Positions 63,563 through 64,000 of a DNA stretch of 64,000 bases are shown piece after piece. Made by a program: the position numbers and the translations under genes. Every line of letters starts with the position of its first letter. Within the stretch, counting starts at the first letter, position 1. The stretch lies in NCBI RefSeq assembly GCF_009914755.1, contig NC_060936.1. One strand, given 5' to 3'. Below the pieces are notes generated by a model. The model had not been told where the DNA came from and did not search any database. It was given only the letters and a program-made list of their open reading frames with translations. This DNA is from the human T2T-CHM13v2.0 reference genome, Homo sapiens.

Positions 63563-64000
63563 TCTCGGGTAATTTCTGAAGACCTTGATTCTCACCACCA
63601 CTGCAAACCCCCAAACCCAACCCATTCTACCTGCTGGCTTGTGCTCCCTCTTCAGAACTTTCCTAATTTTGTGATTCTAGTTGCTGTTCAGTCCCCTTGA
63701 GAGGAAAAACAATGGACAAACTTAATTTAAATCTGAAATAACTGATTAGTTCAATGAAATCTCACAAACTGTGTTACAGATATTATTAAGACAAATTTGC
63801 AAATTAGGAAACTGAGACTCAGAAAGGCTAAGAAATTTATCTGGAATCATATAACTAAGGAAGTAATGGCCAAAAATTTAAATCAAAAGTTTGCCTTACT
63901 CCAAAGTGTGTGTTAATTACTATTTTAAAGTTCTGTTAAAGCAGGGACTTCATGTTAAATTCCTAGTATTGGGAGTTCAGGAAATGTTCAAGAAAAGCAT

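Overview
Primate (very likely human) genomic DNA from inside the synaptotagmin-1 gene (SYT1, + strand). Four GT-AG coding exons (28440-28624, 34662-34784, 38700-38867, 42014-42181) encode the transmembrane helix, the polybasic linker and the whole C2A domain; everything else is intron. The introns hold a full-length decayed L1PB element with target-site duplications (TSDs), 13 Alus, a MaLR LTR, an ERV1-class LTR and older L1M/L2/MIR fragments. The standout feature is a 6.2-kb processed pseudogene of the neuronal-gene repressor REST (50111-56271), inserted in the SAME orientation as SYT1. It has TSDs, a poly(A) tail, a CpG/G-rich 5' leader, an open N-terminal reading frame, a large internal deletion and a long 3'UTR-like part with miR-9 and miR-218 seed matches. 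An AluSp and a twin-primed (5'-inverted) L1PA3-like element later inserted into it. Smaller oddities are a mosaic AluY/Yb8 element, a TSD-flanked polyadenylated MIR-derived mini-retrocopy, a fold-back palindrome and a 140-bp locally templated insertion. No prokaryotic-type systems are present, and most listed ORFs are spurious or repeat-derived. Repeat subfamily calls and comparisons with REST are from memory of consensus sequences, not from alignments.
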